Origin: Leptogorgia sarmentosa
Lineage: Eukaryota
NCBI GenBank assembly: GCA_964658305.1
Contig: OZ210885.1
Span: forward strand, 23,188,001 to 23,252,000
Reading direction: 5' to 3'
DNA: 64,000 nucleotides
In this document: piece by piece, positions 24,150 through 35,763 of the stretch
Numbering within the stretch: the stretch's first letter is position 1
Layout of the letters: each line of letters starts with the position of its first letter
Translations under genes and position numbers: made by a program
Notes under the pieces: model-generated
Databases searched by the model: none
Told to the model about the DNA's origin: nothing
The model's input: only the letters and a program-made list of their open reading frames with translations

Positions 24150-25660
24150 GTTATACTGTATTAACTAACCTGTGGTAATCATTGTCATGATTGTCAATCT
24201 CTGTAGCTCTGACAGCTGATGGATGAGGTTCTGGTAACCTCCAATTTTCGTCCAGTAACTCCTCATTGAAGGTTGTCACCAGCCAATCAACATACCTTTA
24301 AATCAATCAAATATTTCAGTTATTGGCAGACTTCATTGGCATTCAGCAGCAATAATGAGTAAATATATTCATGCAATAATGTAATACCTAGATGATGATA
24401 ATGAATATCATGAATTTTGCATCTGTTATTATCATGTCTGGTTTCTGCACATACATAAATATTTCAAAATTACATCAAGGAAATTTGAGGCATTGTAAAA
24501 AATTGGAAAGGAATTTTTGTTTACATTAACCATGTATTTGTTACAAGTTCATTCATGACAAAATGTAACAATTTATAATCATCAACAGAGCAGTGCACTC
24601 AAAGGCTTTAATTTACGCAGGAATTGTAGCCAAATGGCAGCGGATTATTTGGTGAATCTATTTTCTGGGCAATATTTATTCTACATGATTTATGCAGTAG
24701 TAGTCCAATCTAAAGGCAACTGCCCACAGATTCAGATTGTTTTGTAGCGGTTTTGATCGTTCGATGTTATAGTACAAATATATTTGGCCCCTTATCACAG
24801 TAAACATGCAATTAATAGATTTACTAATTAAAAACAGATTTTAAAATCAGTGCTGGCAGCCAATTAAATTGCATTATCAGCATGATTTAAATGTTTTGGA
24901 GCATAATAGTTGTGTGTAAAACAGTTGGTTCTTACCGTATTAGTAGTAATTCCTCAGCATCCTCTCCCTCATTAGATCCTGGCAAACGAATTCAAAATCA
25001 TCAGGTGACATATCAAATCTACTTGTCTCATTCTCTAAAAATGCTAAGCTTGCTTTGTTACATAACAATCGAATATCAGGGTCATTTTTCAACTTTGCAC
25101 AACCATGGGCATGAATACTTCCCCTGGCCTGGTATTCAAATCGATACCAAAACCATTCAGCATCCATGACACCTTCAAGCCAACGTCTAATAAACTCTTC
25201 AAGTTGCTGTTTGAAGAACCAATCAGTCAAGTGTGGATTGTCAATCACTGCTTGCATCTTCATTATTCTGCAGCAGTCGTTGCAAGTCTGGCCAATGCAT
25301 GTCACCAGCACTAAGAGTAAAGAAAAAAGTAGGACAGGCTTTCTGCTCAATAAGAGCCAGCAATTCCTGGAGCCGCTGATACCAATACTGATTGGTACCT
25401 TGCACTTTTGATACATACCGTTGTAAATGATTTACCATCTGATTTGCACTCATAGAATTCACCATTGTCTTTAGCTCTCCCATTGACATGTTTGCATCTG
25501 CAGGATGCCGATGCAAGTAAATGTTTGCCTGTGACAACAACTGATGTCGCTGTTTCATGTTCAACGCCCAATAGGGGAATCGTGGGTGAGAAGCAAACCT
25601 CCACTCAAACTTACCATTTTCAAGCCTCTCTGCAACTTCACTAAGTGCTTAAATAGATCC
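24150..25660 (-). pseudogene. Helitron/Helentron Rep (HUH endonuclease) fragment
   Basis: [58 protein letters not shown]. Confidence 0.9.
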
Positions 25661-27476
25661 AAATGAAAAGACTGAAAAATTCGCTTTCCAGTGACATATT
25701 TCTGTGAATATAACAATACATACGTCCTGCTCAGGCGAGCCAGCCTGGGTAGTTATGTTTGTGAGAAACTTCCAGCCTGCCGAGGCAGGATATCTCGTAG
25801 GCAGGCCAGCTTAGTTTTTATATAAATGCAAGATGAATATTACTGTAAATTATATTGCACAGTTAGCTCACCTCCATATAAACAGCCCCTGAGACTATGT
25901 ATAAAAGTGTATAACTACATTAACTTGCGTGCATAAACATCATTTATCATTATGCACTGTGAGGCAATGTAATATTTTCTTTCAGATAGATAAAAGCATT
26001 TTGTACATCTCTAGAATCAACACCTGCAGGTGTTGGATTGACATCTTCACATGCTCGTCTGAATTGAGGCTCCAAGAAATCATCATTAACAATCAACACA
26101 CCCGATTCATTTGCTACTTCCTCTAGCTGGGCTTCTGAAATAGCCCAACCTAAAATAGACATGCACGGGTCCATCTCATACTCGAACTGTAGCAGACAAG
26201 TTTATATGCATAATCATATTCAAATAGGAGACCATTAACAAATATCCTAAACACATATTATGGGGGTGTTTATGGGGGGTGCCTTGTCACAGTTAACACT
26301 TAAAAATGGCAGAAATTCACAGTATCAGTTATGGATTTAGGCTAAATCACGCTTAACAGTTAACCCCATAAACACCCTAATATGATGTGCTAAGCATTTT
26401 ACTTTTACATACCACATTCCTCCATTTCATACTCTCGAGGAAAACTGTACATGTGGTCAGGAATTCCTGCAGGTAGCTCAGCATCTTTTTGTTTACGTAT
26501 ACGGTGTGAGTTCCAAATAGTTTCTTTAAAAGATGTCTAACTCTTTCTGCATCAGTGGAATCATGATAAATGCAAGCATCTTTCTGAAAAAGACAATAAT
26601 ACCAATAAATAACTACCATAATGTAAATACAATTTGGTTCTCAAACTATGTTACCCTGCTATAATACTTTAGACTTCAGAATCTATACCTATCACTTTCG
26701 TCTTCAGGGTTGTAATGACCTTCATTCTTCAGAAATAATAAATGTCGCTTAAAGTATTTCTCCAGTCTCTCATGGAGTTCTCTCCACCACCTTTCAATCT
26801 AAATCATTGTCAGAAAACATTTTACAACAATGTCTGACATTATGATGAAAAAACTGATATAAATCCACATTTAATTATTATATGGATCTGCAAGACTGCA
26901 ACATAGGCAACATGCATCAAATCCACCCTCTCGAGATTATTGATTTCAATGATACTTACTTGATTAGAAGTAGATCGTCCATACAGTACAGTATCACAGG
27001 GATCTACATCTCTATGGTTTTGTCGGAGGAAAGCATGCATTGCTGCCATAACCCCAGTTTCTGTTCCTTTGTCCAAACGGAGAAAGGATGGCATTACTCT
27101 TGTCTCATAGGGGTACTCGAGGTACCATCGACCTATGACCTTTGGATCGGAATTGGTCACCCATATTCGTAACCATAGCAACCTCCTTGTTGCTGTATCG
27201 ATACATCCATAGATGGCCATGGGAAACATGCTATTTTGATAGCCCATGAGTTTATCATGGCCATCTAATGAATGTGCCCAGTTGGGACCTTTGGTAGTGA
27301 AGTGGCCCTTCTGCTTCTTTGGGGTCGTTCAGACTGAGTGCCCGGCACTAGTGCCTGGGTACGGCACTTGTTTGAGCACCAGTGTGATCGCGGTACTCGC
27401 AAAAGAATTCGGGCACGGTGCCCGAAAACGGGCACTACCTCAAGGGGTAGTACCCAACAACGGCACCGTGCCCAAC

Positions 27477-27790
27477 ATGAACAACATGGCAGCTTGTTCA
27501 GGGAGCAGATGGACAGAAGCAGAAACAAAATCATTATTGGATGCATATGGAGAACAAATAATTCAAGAAGCTATCGATGGAATGGCAACTAACAAGGTTG
27601 TTTACGATGAAATTAGCAGGATACTAAAAGAGCACTCAAATATCGACAGAACGACGTCCCAAATAGAAACGAAAATTAAGAAATTGAGAAGTGGTTACAG
27701 CAAGTTAAAAGATCGTATGAAACAGTCTGGATCTGAGAGGCCGTACTTTTCGAGTGCTCTATCAAGTGTAGAAAAAACTGCTTTAAGCCG
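27477..27790 (+). pseudogene. Harbinger Myb/SANT-like DNA-binding protein, N-terminal part
   Basis: RWTEAETKSLLDAY...NKVVYDEIS...RTTSQIETKIKKLRSGY. Confidence 0.88.
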
Positions 27791-27899
27791 GTTTTCCACT
27801 AGCGACTTTTGTCGCGCGAATCGATTTTTTTCTTTTGTCTTGATGCAATTAGTTCCAGATGGTTCCAGTCGAAAGCTCAAGGACAATGGAAAATATTCG

Positions 27900-28419
27900 C
27901 ACTGATTGTGTGTAGTTTATTTTTTATAAGAAATAGCATAGCATCGTTTACTTTCTCATTGGCAGTTGATGCACCAACTCCAAACTTATCACCAATCTCT
28001 CGATAGTCTAAACCTTTACCTAGTCTTTTTAAAACCATTGCAGTGATGACTTGTACAGGTACAGGTTTTCGCATTTGCGTGGTTTTACCACATAAACTGT
28101 TGAAAAAGGTACAAAGCTGAGAGAAGATTGTCTTGGGAACTCTATAACTTTCAAGCCACTTTCTATCGTTAAAATGCCTGTATTCATTCTCTACAATTCC
28201 CTGTATCCTTGAAAATGACCATACTGTCCTTTTGTATGAATTTCTCATTGCAATCAACCTGAATATATTGATGTTATGTGCAATGCACATCATCATCAGT
28301 TGATTTAAACATTCTTGTTGTACACCAGGTGACCTCTCAGATCCATAATAAAACTTTAACAAGAATATGAATCCAGAAAAAACACAAAATTGTGAGAGAA
28401 AAACACATTGCATGCACAT
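27900..28419 (-). pseudogene. Harbinger (HARBI1-like) transposase, N-terminal part
   Basis: WLESYRVPKTIFSQLC...TQMRKPVPV...LKRLGKGLDYREIGDKFGVGASTA; catalytic DDE region missing. Confidence 0.85.
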
Positions 28420-29048
28420 TTTTATGCTTTACGGTTTTTCGCGCACAAAAGAAACTATTTCCTGCCAAATATTATACTAGGCTTTGGGAACCGGTCTGAA
28501 CATCCTGTTTTACCGTGCCCGGTGCCCGGGCACTCAGTCTGAACAACCCCTTTCTTTTGAACTGTGGTGCCTGGCTTTCCAAACCTTCTGGGTCAACATC
28601 ATACATAACTGCATGTACAACGTCTCATGGAACCCTTAAATGATACTGCTGTCGTATTTTGTTATGCAACGGACGATAACCAAGTAACCTCCCAGGACCT
28701 TCAAGCTCGCCCTCAACTGCATACCTCACCTCTTCTACAGTCACATTTGTGTCATGATAATAAATCGGTCGGCCATGGACATTTTAAATTTCATTTTGAT
28801 TTTTGTTTTTGTATGGCAGCGCTCGGCCATGAGCTTTTCCAATTTTGTTTTGTTTTGATTTTAGTTTTCATTTTACTTTTTTTTTGTTGCAAATTCATTT
28901 TTATTTTATTTTTAATTTGATATTAATAAAATTTTGTATGAACATTTAATTTAATTTTTGTTTCGAAATGAATTTTATTTTTGTTTTATTTTTTTCTTTA
29001 CAATACAAAATCCTGTTGAAAAATGCTATGGCAGTCCTCGGCCACCAT

Positions 29049-29960
29049 ACATGTCATTTCCAGCACTGAAATTATTTGGTGATTTTTTCTCTTTTACACC
29101 TGAAGCAAATATATGTCTCTGCTGCCAAGTTCTGTCTTGTCGGCCATGCCTCTTTACAAATAATACATTGTCGATGTTCTAAATGAAAACTATGCATTTC
29201 ATTTTTTCCATATTCAAGCTCATGCAGAGGGTTGTCAACATTTTGCCAACCACAGTCATGCAAGTATTCATTTTTACCCACAGCTGGGCCCTCTGATGAA
29301 ATAGATGTTTCTATTAATACATTTTCATTAACCAACATATTATTCAACTGCTCATCTGCTTCATAAACAGGTACACTCACCAACCCATTTGCTTCATGCA
29401 GGGGCACACATTCCTCAGTTGTTTCACTAACTAATTGAGATGCATTCATGCCATCAGCCACTGAAGATGTGTTCCCCTTGTTTGTTTCTATCCCATCTGT
29501 CTCTTCTTCCAAATTTGCTATTGCTCTTGGAAAAACTTCTCTCAAAATCTCAAGCAATTTGACTTGGTTTTCACCTTTTTTCTCTTTCTCATTTTGTTTT
29601 CTTTTCTCCAGTCTGTTTGTTTGCTGTTCTTCTGTTTCATTCTGCATTTTACTTGCATTATATTCTCTAAGATACGCTATATGCTTACCTTCATTCTCTG
29701 CACTTCTGTCTTTCCACACTTCTCTTCGTTTTGTTAAGCGAGTTTCCCTCTCTTCCAAACTTTCTGCAGCTTCCTTCTGTTGCCTGTAAACACTTAGATA
29801 CTCATACCGCTTACCTTTCTCCTTGACCGTCCTCTTTTTCCATGCTTCTCTATGCTTTGCTAGGCGTCTTTCTCTTTCCTCTTCTGATTCTTCCAGCATA
29901 AGCTGCCTTCTTCGCTCCCTACGCTTTCTTAAATTCTCTGCTTTTTTTACCCTTGTTCAC
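29049..29960 (-). pseudogene. Helitron/Helentron RepHel N-terminal region
   Basis: Charged repeats EESEEERERRLAK / ESLEERETRLTK / ETEEQQTNRLEK, then CIICKEAW...ICFRCKRE...FSAGNDM. Same strand as the Rep fragment at 24150-25660. Confidence 0.75.
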
Positions 29961-30175
29961 CTGCTCTTCGTTTGCCTCCATTATTTAATTTAACTTTTTT
30001 AACCTTTCAATTATTCAACTTTTCAATTAAAACTTGAAAACGTTTTAGATAAAAACAATGTTGTGCTTGCGAAAATTAAATAACATTTTTTCCTTTTGAA
30101 GTGTCAGTTGAATTATTGTTGCACAGCGAATTTTGAATTTGACCAATCGGCTTAAGGTATTACTTGGCTGTTCAT

Positions 30176-30330
30176 GAGAGTCAGTGATGACCTACGATGC
30201 ACGATGACCCAAAATGGCCACCAAATGAGCACCTTTGGACTCCGCTATGCTGCCCATTACCCGGGTAAAAAAGCCGTGCGGAATTATTACCCTCGCCGCC
30301 CCGGGCTAACATGTTGGCTCAGGGATAAAC
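30176..30330 (-). repeat. Putative Helentron-type terminal segment (copy 1 of 3)
   Basis: gacccaaaatggc...ctccgctatgctgccc..tacccgggt...gaattattaccctcgcc...ggctc.gggataaa is shared with 48636-48812 and 59987-60168. Confidence 0.65.
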
Positions 30331-30559
30331 TTCCGTCTTATGTTGTCACAGAATCACATCGCAAAGCGAAAGTAAAATAACTAGATTATAAAACCGGTTT
30401 GACCGGATATACTCATCCGTTGTTCACATGTTGAGACTTCCCTAATTATAACTCAACATAAATTATGCATGAAAATAATATAGTCTCAGGATGGCATAGT
30501 TCTCAGGATTAAACAACAAAAAAGCTGCCCAAAATGGAAGACTGACTTACATGTTGAAG

Positions 30560-31363
30560 TGAAGAGATTACTGAAATGCAAATCAAGTCAATGAGCGAAA
30601 CATCTAATGACCATGCTTATAAGATGAGGGCACATTTTCTTATCAAAGCCAATTGAGAAGAAAATATTGTGTAAATTTTGTGGCTTTGAGCACTTCCCAG
30701 ATAAGCAAAAGTGTCTAGCCTGGGGAAAAACCTGCAACAAGGAAAGGACCATTTTGCCAAGAATAGCGAAAGTCTGACATATATTGAGAAAGAGAAAGCA
30801 CCATTTGTGAAGATGTTGGTGAACGACATCAATGTAAATTTCCAAGTCGTCTGTGGTGATCTGGAAAAGGAACATATTACTCTATGTGATAGAACACTAA
30901 TGTGGAACGGTACCAAAGTGAAATCTTTGGGAATGTGTGTCGTTCGTGTGGTTAATTTAAAGTGTGGTTAATTTAAAGTGAAGTTCTTGACCGTTAAGGA
31001 TGACCGGACTCCATTGTTAGTTTTCAAGACAACCAAAGAGATGAGGGTGTTGACAATTAACAAAGCGAATTTCATCAGTAACATGATTTGTACTAAAATG
31101 GAAGCGGTACACAGGCATGCTGGAGTCTTTAACGACAATTTTAACGAAGATTGCCTGGAATAGTTGATCTAGAAGTGGACCCAAATCACAAACCAGTTGC
31201 ACTGCCAGAAGGAAAATCCCTGTGTCATTGAGAGACCAATTCAAAGTCGAGTTACAACGATTAGAGACATTGGGATTCATCACATCTGTTGAGGAACCGA
31301 CCGAGTGGGTGCGTCAAAATTGTCGTTCCTGTGAAGAAGTCTCATGCACTATGCGTATGCATT
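30560..31363 (+). mobile_element. Gypsy gag-protease-RT start, degenerate
   Basis: CKFCGF..CLAWGKTC knuckle, TLMWNGTKVKSLG, ELQRLETLGFITSVEEPTEWV. Confidence 0.75.
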
Positions 31364-32738
31364 CCCAGCTAACAAACAACGTAATCACAACATTGGTAAT
31401 AGTTTGTGGGAATGTTATGTAGGACCTAACACTACTACAACATTCATACAACGTTGTTGACGTTCTTCAGAAAATAGGATTGTTTGACAAAGGTCATAGC
31501 AACATTGAAGTGTAACGTGCGCATCAAGACGTTCGGAAAATGAGCCCAGAACGTTATTTCAACGTTGAAGCAACGTTACAGGATAACATACTGCAGGACA
31601 TTTATACCACATTTTTGCAACATTGGAGTTTAACCTTGCCTGAACTTACACTATGTCCTAACGTCTATGCAATTTTATACTTATATGTGAAAGCGACATT
31701 ATTTCCTTATGACGAGGTAAACATACGACTAAAAAGTCCTACCTACAAGACGTTTTAATTTATGTGGAAAACAAGGTCTCAGCATGAATGTGTACGCACT
31801 ATTATAAATAAATGTTTACTTTGAACTATACAGGGTGTATAAAAAAAAGTTTACTGATGAAAAACATCCTCTAAACTAACGAGCGCTCAAAATGTCCTCC
31901 TATATGTGTTTTGGTGGTGTCATAACTCCAAAATTTCATCCACAACTCTTGAATTAAAGTCTATATGTGATTACTTTCCCCAATATTAACCAAACCTGAG
32001 GAAAGTAATTGTTTCAATATTTTTAAAGGTTAAATTGTGTACTTCAATTAGCACAAAGAAGGACACCTAGTTCATGTCACATCATTATTCAATTAGGAAG
32101 GTTTATTCCATACTTAAGGCTCTGTAAATGTCAATTGCACATAGGAAACAAATATTTGCATCTTAGATATGTTGAATGCATGCTAAATTAATTTTTGCAC
32201 CAATTATTTTCACCAAGTTATAATTTGCACCTTTGCAATCAAAATTGAATAAACTAGAGTGAATAATGTACCAGTATTATACATGTATTACTGGTGCTAT
32301 GGTGTATTTGATCAATTAGTAATTACTGTAGCTTCTCTCTTCCCTGCACTTGCAGCCTGGGAGGTGCACATAACCAACATATATTTGAACACTATTATTC
32401 CATTCCATGAAGTATGCATACACTTAAATATAGCATGGTATAATTTTGTTATGAGTAATTTTGTTGCACGACTGTTATTTGTTCTAGCTTTGACAATGAA
32501 AGCAAATAAGCAGGCACAGTACAGGAGAAACTGGGCAGCTGCAGCTCAGACTCTGAGACAAACCATGACACCACACATTCTGAACGTGAAGATAGTACAG
32601 ATTTGATAGAACTCCCTTTTAATCCATCACCATTTGATGACAACTGTGAATCAGATATGGCAAGCCATACCTGACAAAAGTGCATCGAGTTACATATATA
32701 GCTGCTTGAGATACATATGTCGATAATCGAGACATATA

Positions 32739-33325
32739 CAGGGTGTCTCAAAAAAAAAGGTAATCCAACTTTGGCATGCCATTGTGCGTTAATTACTGGG
32801 TGTACGAACGTGATTTTTGCATGGTCATAAAGATCAAGGTCTTAGCAGTTGAATGACATATTTGTTGTACGATATGGAAGAAAATCAGGCAAATGCGAGC
32901 GTGTTGAAAAATCTCGGTGAAAAACGCATTCTTTCACCTCTGAGAATTGCAGCTAAACTTATTCAAAATTAACTCCCTCTGGGACTCGAAGATGACGACC
33001 TTCCCTTCAACAATCGACCTGATTATGCATAATTATTAATAATCCTGATAAAATCTTTGTTACCATGACACATTCGTGATGAATTGCATTTTTGTTTTGT
33101 TATGCACTGCTTTAATTAGGCACAGAGGTGAAAGAATGCGTTTTTCACCGAGATTTTTCAACACGCTCGCATTTGCCTGATTTTCTTCCATATCGTACAA
33201 GAAATATGTCATTCAACTGCTAAGACCTTGATCTTTATGACCATGCAAAAATCACGTTCGTACACCCAGTAATTAACGCACAATGGCATGCCAAAGTTGG
33301 ATTACCTTTTTTTTGAGACACCCTG
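32739..33325. mobile_element. Tc1/mariner-type foldback MITE
   Basis: TA|CAGGGTGTCTCAAAAAAA ... TTTTGAGACACCCTG|TA; near-perfect ~200-bp inverted arms. Confidence 0.93.
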
Positions 33326-33551
33326 TATATAGATAGTCGAGATCAATATAGCCATAGTTGAGAAACATATGACAGGATTTATACGATGAGATTTGAAATG
33401 ACGAGACGTGAAACATGATGACAAACACATAACGAGATGTCTGACTGTGCAAATGGCCAGCGCTACGTATATATACTGCTTCTTTTATATTTGGCCCACA
33501 TGTGACACGCAGTAATGGATGCGCATGAGGAGTTAACCGATTTTTTTTCAA

Positions 33552-35514
33552 ATGCTGGAAACATTGTTTCGCCACATTCAGCAGTCTCTTTCCGTTAGAG
33601 ACCCACTTGATTTGGAGCATTGTAAGAGTAGATTAGAACAAAGTATTCCAATTGTTTCAGCAATTTTGCTAGTCGTGAATAATACGGAGGTTGAATCTGA
33701 AGAAAGTGAAAGATCTTCATTAGGTTCGCTGCTTGATGGACTAATTTCAGCAATTGAACAACAAATAGAAAGATTGTCTGTTGTCTTAGAATCGTCTGCT
33801 GTTGCACAGAGAAGAGTAGTAACATCATTTTTGCCCAGCGCTGGAGTAAGACCAGCGTTCAACATCATGAAAGAGCAGATTGAGCAACTTAGAGAAACTG
33901 GGATGAACTAGAAAGACATTGCGAGGTTTTGGGTGTGTCAGAATGCACACTCTACAGAAGGATGGATTATGAAGTTGAGGCCAGGTTTACAGACATCACT
34001 GACACCGACTTAGACAATCAGATTACAAATATCCTGGCACTTACTCCGTATAGTGGTGAATGCTATGTGAGAGGGAGCTTAAAGGCGGGAAGTATACACG
34101 TCCAAAGATCACAGGTGAGGGAAAGTCTCTGCAGGGTTGACCCCATTGGTCGAAACATGCAACAGAGATATGCTATTTGCAGAAGAGTCTATAGCGTTCC
34201 TGGGCCTAATTACTTATGGCACATAGATTCTAATCACAAATTGATATCTTGGCGATTTGTTCTGCATGGATGTATAGATGGATTTAGCAGGGCAATAATT
34301 TACCTGGAATGTAAACTAGATAACACAGCTGAAACTGTGGTGGAACTTTTTAGAAATGGAATTCAAGAGTTTGGTTTGCCTTCAAGAGTACGAGGTGACC
34401 GAGGAGAATGTTGATGTAGTAGCAAGGCTAATGGTAAATAGTCATGGTGAGAACAGAGGCCGAGGGAAGTTTTTGATACCAAGACAAAATATTTACCATT
34501 TACTACTCTGCTCGAAGCTATAATAAAACTCATAAGAAATTCCAGTGTTGTGAACTAGATTTGAGATCAGTTGTGTTTGTTTACTTTGCCACTCTATCAC
34601 AAGTATGGCTGCTAAACAGCCAAGACGAAGTGAGAAAAAACCCTTCAATATTGACGCATTTGCTTCAATATTGACGCTTTTCCACTCAACATTACTACGA
34701 AAAAGGTAAACCTATTCAAATGATTTATTTTCCCGTTCGTTTCACGATCCAAACATGGTTAAAATACGCTTTAGACACCGAAATAGTTCGCCGAGAATGT
34801 TTTGTTCATACTTATGAGACTTTGTTGATACTTATGAGTTTTTGTCGCTGTAAATACCCCCTAAAATCTCTTAGCATAATAAAATGAACTTTCATGTGTT
34901 CTTTATCGCCTAAATTCGTTTTGAATGTTTTAAAAAGCGGCCATTCAATTTAAAAAAACAAAAACATTAACTATATTGGTATCTACGAGAATGCGAGCGG
35001 TCCGTACCGTAGGATACGTACCGTAGAATACAGACCGCTCATCAACCAATCAGGAAGCTCGATTTAGGTTACGGACTGGAAAAAATAAAGGGACCGGAAA
35101 AAAATAAAGAATGTTATTGGACTGCCACAATGAAGTGCATCTATTTGCACTTCATTTTCTCTTCCATCCACGCATAAATGCATCACTGACTGAGTTTAAA
35201 GAGCAGTGGAATCACCATGGTATGCAGACTACAGGACATCAAACCCCTTTAGCACTATGGCAAACAAACATGATGCCAATGACAGATGATTCACCCCTTG
35301 TAAACTTTGAGGAATATGGAGTAGATTATATGGCCCAGTTCCAGCCATTCTTACAGATAACAATGTGGTTGTTCCAAACTCCACTGTTGAACTGAATGAA
35401 GAGCAACTCCTGTACCTGTCTAGCAATGTGAACCCTGTTGATAATGATGGAAATCATGGCATACACAATTTTCTGTGTGCCCTGGATATTGTAAATAACT
35501 TTTCTTTGCAGTAA
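33552..35514 (+). pseudogene. IS3EU-like integrase-core transposase (HTH + DDE), decayed and interrupted
   Basis: [85 protein letters not shown]. Confidence 0.88.
34456..35108. repeat. Unclassified non-autonomous repeat inserted in the integrase
   Basis: Non-coding block replacing part of the ORF, with repeated (c)cgtaccgtag/tacggac motifs near 35000-35100. Confidence 0.5.
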
Positions 35515-35763
35515 AGTAGCATTTTAATTTGTATCAGTCAATGACACTAAGGGGGACAATCAATCGACACAACAAGACCCAAATAATAACTCTGATATTT
35601 TAACAAAACCCCAGATATTTCATAACTTTTAACATTAAATATAACATAACTTTTCCATATATTGAATGGTCGATAATCTGTCAATTATGTAATGTGATAT
35701 GCATGTACTGTACAGTATCATATTCATCATACCACATGCTCAGAAGTCTAACTAAATTACCAC

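Larger units (their letters stand above)
27321..28550. mobile_element. Internally deleted PIF/Harbinger transposon
   Basis: TIRs GGGGTCGTTCAGACTGAGTGCCC / GGGCACTCAGTCTGAACAACCCC; 3-bp TSD TTT; inserted in the integrase ORF. Confidence 0.92.
25950..29048 (-). mobile_element. IS3EU-like integrase-type transposon, 5' terminus and spliced, decayed transposase
   Basis: ELEGPGRLLGYR, YDVDPEGL, GPNWAHSLDGHDKLMGYQ, IYGCIDTATR, LRLDKGTE, STSNQ|IERWWREL. Terminus (reverse) TATGGTGGCCGAGGACTGCCA at 29048 interrupts the Helitron ORF directly after FSAGNDM. Confidence 0.8.

Noticed and set aside
12554..29048. One giant IS3EU-like element between the two similar termini
   Set aside because: Flanks show no TSD, the motifs differ, and two separate integrase C-termini (14590 and 25950) lie inside.
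29072..29899. Host coiled-coil (trichohyalin-like) gene
   Set aside because: Charged repeats followed by CxxC motifs and FSAGNDM fit a Helitron N-terminus, co-oriented with the Rep fragment.
30176..30330. tRNA gene or tRNA-derived SINE
   Set aside because: No cloverleaf or recognisable A/B boxes; the terminal inverted structure and linkage to RepHel fit a Helentron better.
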